A stretch of 50,368 bases of DNA from an uncultured Gammaproteobacteria bacterium (lineage in GTDB: Bacteria > Patescibacteriota > Patescibacteriia > UBA1558 > GWA2-36-10). The stretch spans positions 1 to 50,368 of the forward strand of contig CAZHLU010000001.1 in NCBI GenBank assembly GCA_964533435.1, read 5' to 3'. Made by a program: the position numbers and the translations under genes. The notes beneath the pieces were generated by a model that was given only the letters and a program-made list of their open reading frames with translations, was not told where the DNA came from and ran no database searches. The stretch's first letter is position 1. Every line of letters starts with the position of its first letter. Below, piece by piece: positions 45,329-50,368 of the stretch.

Positions 45329-46378
45329 ATGATTAAGATTTTAGCTATTGAAAGTTCTTGCGACGAGACTGCTATTGCTTCTCTAGGGGCTAGTGAGGAC
45401 TCTTTGCTTTTGCAAAAAAATTTAATTCATTCGCAAGTAGATATTCATAAAAAATACGGTGGTGTTATACCGGAACTGGCCGCTCGACAGCATTTGCAGA
45501 ATATTTTTCCTTTGCTTGATGAAGCTTTAGGTGATCAAAAAATAAATGATTTTGATTATTTAGCAGTAACACAGGGTCCCGGCCTTATTACTTCTTTATT
45601 ACTAGGTATTAACGTAGCTAAGACATTGGCTTATGCTAGTCAAAAGCCATTGATAGCAGTTAATCATTTAGAAGGACATATCTATTCAAATTGGTTAAGT
45701 CATGATATTTTAGTAAAAAATAGCAAATCGTATTTTCCTAGCGTTGTTTTAATTGTTTCTGGTGGTCATACAGAATTAGTGTTAATGAAAAATCATGGCG
45801 ATTATCAATTGTTAGGTCAGACTTTAGATGATGCTGTTGGTGAAGCTTTTGATAAGGTAGCTAAGTTATTACTTTTAGGCTATCCAGGCGGTCCAATTGT
45901 TAGCGCTAAGGCACTGAAAGGTAATCCTAATAATTATGTTTTGCCTCGGCCAATGCTCAATAGTCAGAATTTTGATTTTAGTCTCTCTGGTTTAAAGACA
46001 GCTGTTTTGTATAGTTTAGAAAAGCAGGGTGATATAGATGAACAATCAGTAGCTGATATTTGCGCTGCCTTTGAAGCAGCAGTGATTGAAGTATTGGTCA
46101 AAAAAACAATGGCGGCTGTGAAAAGTTTTGGCGCTAAATCTATCATGCTGGCTGGTGGTGTGGCAGCTAATAAAAAATTAGCCGCTAGTCTGCAAGCTGC
46201 AGCCCAACTTTTAGGTTTGCCGTTTTTTGCCCCAGAGCAAAAGTTTACCGGGGACAATGCCGCTATGATAGCAGCGGCTGCTTATTATCAAATAATTAGT
46301 AAAAAAATGAATGTCATGGCTGGTTCAGAATTATTAAATATGGAACCGCGGGCTAATTGGCAATTAACTGTAAAATAA
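45329..46378 (+). CDS. tsaD: tRNA N6-adenosine threonylcarbamoyltransferase
   Basis: ILAIESSCDET, HLEGH and GGVAAN motifs. Confidence 0.9.
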   Translation: MIKILAIESSCDETAIASLGASEDSLLLQKNLIHSQVDIHKKYGGVIPELAARQHLQNIFPLLDEALGDQKINDFDYLAVTQGPGLITSLLLGINVAKTLAYASQKPLIAVNHLEGHIYSNWLSHDILVKNSKSYFPSVVLIVSGGHTELVLMKNHGDYQLLGQTLDDAVGEAFDKVAKLLLLGYPGGPIVSAKALKGNPNNYVLPRPMLNSQNFDFSLSGLKTAVLYSLEKQGDIDEQSVADICAAFEAAVIEVLVKKTMAAVKSFGAKSIMLAGGVAANKKLAASLQAAAQLLGLPFFAPEQKFTGDNAAMIAAAAYYQIISKKMNVMAGSELLNMEPRANWQLTVK

Positions 46379-46409
46379 CTTATAATTATTCTAAAGATAA
46401 AAATAAAAT

Positions 46410-46832
46410 ATGACAGAATATACTAGTCTTAATCCTCAAGAAACAGAGCAAATAGCCATTGATTTAGTTAAAAATTTATCAAGTGGAGCGGTTTTGGCTT
46501 TGGCAGGAAATTTAGGGGCTGGTAAAACTGTTTTTGTAAAAGGTTTAGCAAAAGCTTTGGGTATTGAAGATAGGGTAAATAGTCCAACTTTTGTTTTATT
46601 AAAAGTTTATAATACCAATCATCCTAGAATAAAAAGATTAATTCACGTTGATTGTTATCGTTTAGAAGGGCAGGAAGATTTACAAGATATTGGTTTGACA
46701 GATTTTTTGGATGATCCTGCTAATTTAGTAGTCATTGAGTGGGCTGATCGTATTAGTAATTTGCCAGCCGGCACCAAGCGTATTGAAATAACTTATTTAG
46801 AAGAAGATAAAAGAAAAATAGTGATCGAATAG
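46410..46832 (+). CDS. tsaE: tRNA threonylcarbamoyladenosine biosynthesis ATPase
   Basis: GNLGAGKT Walker A, SPTF motif, 140 aa. Confidence 0.85.
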   Translation: MTEYTSLNPQETEQIAIDLVKNLSSGAVLALAGNLGAGKTVFVKGLAKALGIEDRVNSPTFVLLKVYNTNHPRIKRLIHVDCYRLEGQEDLQDIGLTDFLDDPANLVVIEWADRISNLPAGTKRIEITYLEEDKRKIVIE

Positions 46833-46836
46833 TTTT

Positions 46837-49401
46837 ATGCCAGAGGAAAATATTGATATTTTAGCCAAAGCTTATGAGCCACAGGCCTATGAGGCAGAAG
46901 TGTACCAACAATGGTTAGATGGTAATTATTTTAATCCTGATAATTCTCGCAACGAAGGTCCGTTTTTTAGTATGGCCATGCCTCCGCCAAATGCTACGGG
47001 CATTTTGCATATTGGTCATGCAGAAATTTTATCTATTGAGGATATTATTATACGTTATAAACGTTTGCAGGGTTATCGTGCCTTATGGTTGCCCGGTACT
47101 GATCATGCTGCTATTGCTACTCAAACTAAAGTAGAAAAAATATTAGCTCAAGAAGGAACAGATCGCTATACTTTGGGTCATGATAAATTTATTGCCAGAG
47201 TAAAAAGTTATGTAGCTGATTCTCAAAGCACAATTAGAGAGCAGATTCGTAAGGTTGGTTGTAGTTGTGATTGGTCACGTGAACGTTATACTTTTGATGA
47301 TGGTTTATCACAAGCGGTAAATACTGCCTTTGTACGCATGTATCAAGATGGCTTGATTTATCGTGGTTTAAGAATAGTAAATTGGTGTCCACGTTGTGCT
47401 TCTACTTTGGCTGATGATGAAGTTGAATACAAAGAGCAAGATGCTAAATTTTATTATATCCAATATGGACCAATAGTAATTGCTACTACTAGACCAGAAA
47501 CAAAATTAGCAGATACTGGCGTAGCAGTGAATCCCAATGATGTTCGTTATCAACAATATATCGGGCAAACTTTAGACATTGATTTAGCTGGACATAAAAT
47601 AAAAGTGAAAGTTTTTGCTGATCTTAGTGTTGATCCAGAATTTGGTACTGGTGCCATTGGCGTGACGCCAGCACATAGTTTAGTAGATTATGACTGGGCT
47701 CAGAAAAACAATTTGGAGATTATTAAATTAATTGATGAGCAGGGTAAACTTTTAGCTAGTGGCGGTAAATATGAAGGTCTAGATGTTTTAGCAGCACGCG
47801 CGGCCTTTGTAAAAGATTTAGAAGCAGCTAAACTTTTAGTTAAAGTAGAGGATATAAAAAATAATTTATCACTTTGTTATCGTTGTGGTACAGCTATTGA
47901 ACCTTTGCCATCTGAACAATGGTTTGTGGCAGTTGAAAAAGAAGTGCCGGGTCGTGGTAAGAGTCTAAAACAACTAGCACAAGAGGCAGTTCAGAGTGAA
48001 GATATTAAAATTATTCCTAAGCGTTTTATTAAGACTTATAACAATTGGTTAAACAATTTGCATGATTGGTGTATTTCTCGTCAAATTTGGTGGGGGCACC
48101 AATTACCAGTTTGGTACGATGAAGCTGGTAATGCTATTGTTGCTCTTGATGAGGCGTCTGCTCAAAAACAGGCTCCTAATAAAGTATTACGTCGCGATCC
48201 AGACACATTAGATACTTGGTTTTCTTCTTCATTATGGACTTTTTCTACTTTGGGTTGGCCAGCTAAAACTAAAGATTTAGAAAGATACCACCCAACTACA
48301 GTGATGCAAACTGGCTATGATATTATATTTTTTTGGGTAGCCAGGATGATAATCATGAGCGAATATCTCTTACAAGAAAAACCATTTAGTATTGTTTATT
48401 TGAGTGGTTTAGTGAGAGACAAGCAAGGTAAAAAAATGAGTAAGTCATCTGGTAACGGTTTAGATCCGATTGAAGTTATTAATGAATACGGAGCTGATGC
48501 TTTGCGCTTATCATTGGTAGCTGGTACTACTCCGGGAGCTGATTTTAGAATTTATCCAGAAAAAATTGCCGGTTATCGTAATTTTGTTAATAAGCTTTGG
48601 AATATTGCTCGCTTTATCTTTTCTTCAGTAGCAGTAGTGCAAAGAGTCAAGGTGCGTCCACAGGCAGTTAGCTTAGCAGATGCTTGGATTTTGTCAGAAT
48701 ATGATCTTTTAGTAAAAGAGATTACTTCAGATTTTCATAATTGGCGCTTGGCTCCTGCTATTGAAAAATTATATAATTTTACGTGGTCAAAATTAGCGGA
48801 TTGGTATTTAGAAGTTGTTAAAATTGAAAAAAATATTAATCCAGCTTTAGTTAAAACTAAGGACGAAATTCTTTTATATTTACTAGAAGGCTTATTAAAA
48901 TTGTGGCATCCTTTTACTCCTTTTGTGACTGAGGTATTGTGGCGCCAGTTTAAGCCAGAACATCTTTTGGTAATAGAACATTGGCCAAAAGCTGAAGAGC
49001 CTAAACAAGAAAGTATTAAAAATTTTACTGAATTGCAAGAATTAGTTACGCAGATTCGTAATTTAAAAGCAGCTAATAAAATAGCACCACAACAAAAACC
49101 ACCTTGTCAGTTGTCTAGTATAATTTTATCCAAAACCGACCTTGAAGTAGTTGCTCGTTTGGCTAGAGTAGAATTGGTATCCGATTTAACAAATGCTCAG
49201 ACAATAAATATTGGCCAGAGCACTATTATAATTGATTTAAACCAAGGTTTAAGTGATAAAGAAAGACAGTCTTTGACAGATTATTGTGCTAAATTAAAAA
49301 TACAATTGTCTAATAAAGATTTTATAAATAATGCACCTCGGCAAGTAGTTGATGATTTAAAGGAAAAATTAAAGCAAGCTGAAAAAAAATTAAGTAAATA
49401 A
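46837..49401 (+). CDS. valS: valine--tRNA ligase
   Basis: PPPNATGILHIGHA (HIGH), KMSKSSGN (KMSKS), C-terminal coiled coil. Confidence 0.95.
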   Translation: MPEENIDILAKAYEPQAYEAEVYQQWLDGNYFNPDNSRNEGPFFSMAMPPPNATGILHIGHAEILSIEDIIIRYKRLQGYRALWLPGTDHAAIATQTKVEKILAQEGTDRYTLGHDKFIARVKSYVADSQSTIREQIRKVGCSCDWSRERYTFDDGLSQAVNTAFVRMYQDGLIYRGLRIVNWCPRCASTLADDEVEYKEQDAKFYYIQYGPIVIATTRPETKLADTGVAVNPNDVRYQQYIGQTLDIDLAGHKIKVKVFADLSVDPEFGTGAIGVTPAHSLVDYDWAQKNNLEIIKLIDEQGKLLASGGKYEGLDVLAARAAFVKDLEAAKLLVKVEDIKNNLSLCYRCGTAIEPLPSEQWFVAVEKEVPGRGKSLKQLAQEAVQSEDIKIIPKRFIKTYNNWLNNLHDWCISRQIWWGHQLPVWYDEAGNAIVALDEASAQKQAPNKVLRRDPDTLDTWFSSSLWTFSTLGWPAKTKDLERYHPTTVMQTGYDIIFFWVARMIIMSEYLLQEKPFSIVYLSGLVRDKQGKKMSKSSGNGLDPIEVINEYGADALRLSLVAGTTPGADFRIYPEKIAGYRNFVNKLWNIARFIFSSVAVVQRVKVRPQAVSLADAWILSEYDLLVKEITSDFHNWRLAPAIEKLYNFTWSKLADWYLEVVKIEKNINPALVKTKDEILLYLLEGLLKLWHPFTPFVTEVLWRQFKPEHLLVIEHWPKAEEPKQESIKNFTELQELVTQIRNLKAANKIAPQQKPPCQLSSIILSKTDLEVVARLARVELVSDLTNAQTINIGQSTIIIDLNQGLSDKERQSLTDYCAKLKIQLSNKDFINNAPRQVVDDLKEKLKQAEKKLSK

Positions 49402-49446
49402 AAAAATAGTCCGCCATCCGCCAACCGGCGGAAGCGGACTATTTTT
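49401..49446. terminator. bidirectional G+C-rich palindrome (TCCGCC-N4-GGCGGA family)
   Basis: AATAGTCCGCCATCCGCCAACCGGCGGAAGCGGACTATT flanked by A-runs and T-runs, between convergent valS and the pilB-like gene. Confidence 0.7.
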
Positions 49447-49450
49447 AAGT

Positions 49451-50368
49451 TTAATCTTTTACTTTGCTCCAAACTTCATCAATAGAAGTGATGCCTTCCA
49501 GGGCTTTTAGCAAGCCATCTTGTAGCATAGTGATCATACCACTTTCTATAGCCATTTTTTCAATTTCATACTCAGAGACATTGCCGGACAAAATAATTTT
49601 TTCAATTTCTGGGGACATTATGAATATTTCATAAATACCAGTTCGGCCCTTGTAGCCTAAATTATGGCATTCATTACAGCCAGTGGCTTTATAAAATTTT
49701 AAATTATTTAAATCAGTAGATGTTTGACCTGATTCTGGTTTAATTAATTTTAAAGTATTTAGAATATCAGTCATTTTAGTATTATCAATCGTGTTGTCTT
49801 CTATTTTACAATGAGGACAGAGTTTACGCACTAAACGTTGACCAATAATTGCATTAAGTGCTGGTGCTAGTAGAAATGATTGTACTCCCATGGCGAGTAA
49901 TCTAGGGATAGTAGCAGCAGCCGAATTAGTGTGCATACTGGTTAGCATCAAGTGTCCAGTTAAAGCTGCATTGATAGCGGTATCGGCAGTTTCTAAGTCT
50001 CTAACCTCACCAACCATGACAATATCAGGATCTTGTCTTAAAATCGCTCGCAAGCCTTTGGCAAAAGTATAGCGGGTGGTACCTTCTTTTTCTTTGTCTT
50101 TACTGGCTTCAGAGCTACTTTTATTTTCAACTTGGCTTTGAACTATACCGGGTAATTTGTATTCAATTGGATCTTCTAAGGTTATAATTTTTGTCTCTGG
50201 TTTATTTAATTTATTTAAAATCGCATACAGGGTCGTTGTTTTACCAGAACCAGTAGGACCAGTAGCTAAAATCATGCCATTAGGTTTGCTCATCTGGTTT
50301 TGTAGATCGTTAAAAGATTTGCCTCGTAAACCTAGAGCTTCAAATTGTAAACCAACGCTAGAAGAGCG
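49451..50368 (-). CDS. second GspE/PilB-family ATPase, C-terminal part (runs off the window edge)
   Basis: The frame stays open upstream of the tracked Met (..LGLRGKSFNDLQNQMSKPNGMILATGPTGSGKTTT). Has Walker A, Asp/His boxes and CPHC...CNEC. Confidence 0.85.
   Translation of the reverse strand, partial: RSSSVGLQFEALGLRGKSFNDLQNQMSKPNGMILATGPTGSGKTTTLYAILNKLNKPETKIITLEDPIEYKLPGIVQSQVENKSSSEASKDKEKEGTTRYTFAKGLRAILRQDPDIVMVGEVRDLETADTAINAALTGHLMLTSMHTNSAAATIPRLLAMGVQSFLLAPALNAIIGQRLVRKLCPHCKIEDNTIDNTKMTDILNTLKLIKPESGQTSTDLNNLKFYKATGCNECHNLGYKGRTGIYEIFIMSPEIEKIILSGNVSEYEIEKMAIESGMITMLQDGLLKALEGITSIDEVWSKVKD

Overview
AT-rich (about one-third G+C by eye), gene-dense bacterial window. Its content fits a small-genome, CPR-like organism: tyrS, PBP1A, uvrB, truB, rpsT, holA, polA, rarA, tig, hppA, nusA, glmS, trmB, tsaD/tsaE, valS, four tRNAs and a type IV pilus locus. 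Several accessory segments interrupt this core. (1) Positions 1-4390 look like an integron-like platform. An IntI-related tyrosine recombinase lacks the IntI-specific insertion, and its 5' end faces an array of modules separated by attC-like imperfect palindromes. AT-rich ORFs lie on the minus strand. Three G+C-rich ORFs lie on the plus strand, each with its own consensus promoter, SD, terminator and module-specific inverted repeat. (2) A 2.4-kb island (11.8-14.2 kb) is flanked by ~113-bp direct repeats of the truB 3' end. It carries a TrmB-type regulator, a Cys-rich peptide and a secreted trypsin-like protease. (3) A frameshifted histidine phosphatase module lies between duplicated terminator hairpins. 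(4) A 2.9-kb island sits at tRNA-Cys with three att-like tRNA-end copies and a three-gene operon of unknown function that looks like a toxin/immunity set. (5) An orphan G+C-rich structured RNA (~26.1-26.4 kb) could not be classified. No CRISPR array, rRNA, transposase or prophage genes were seen.
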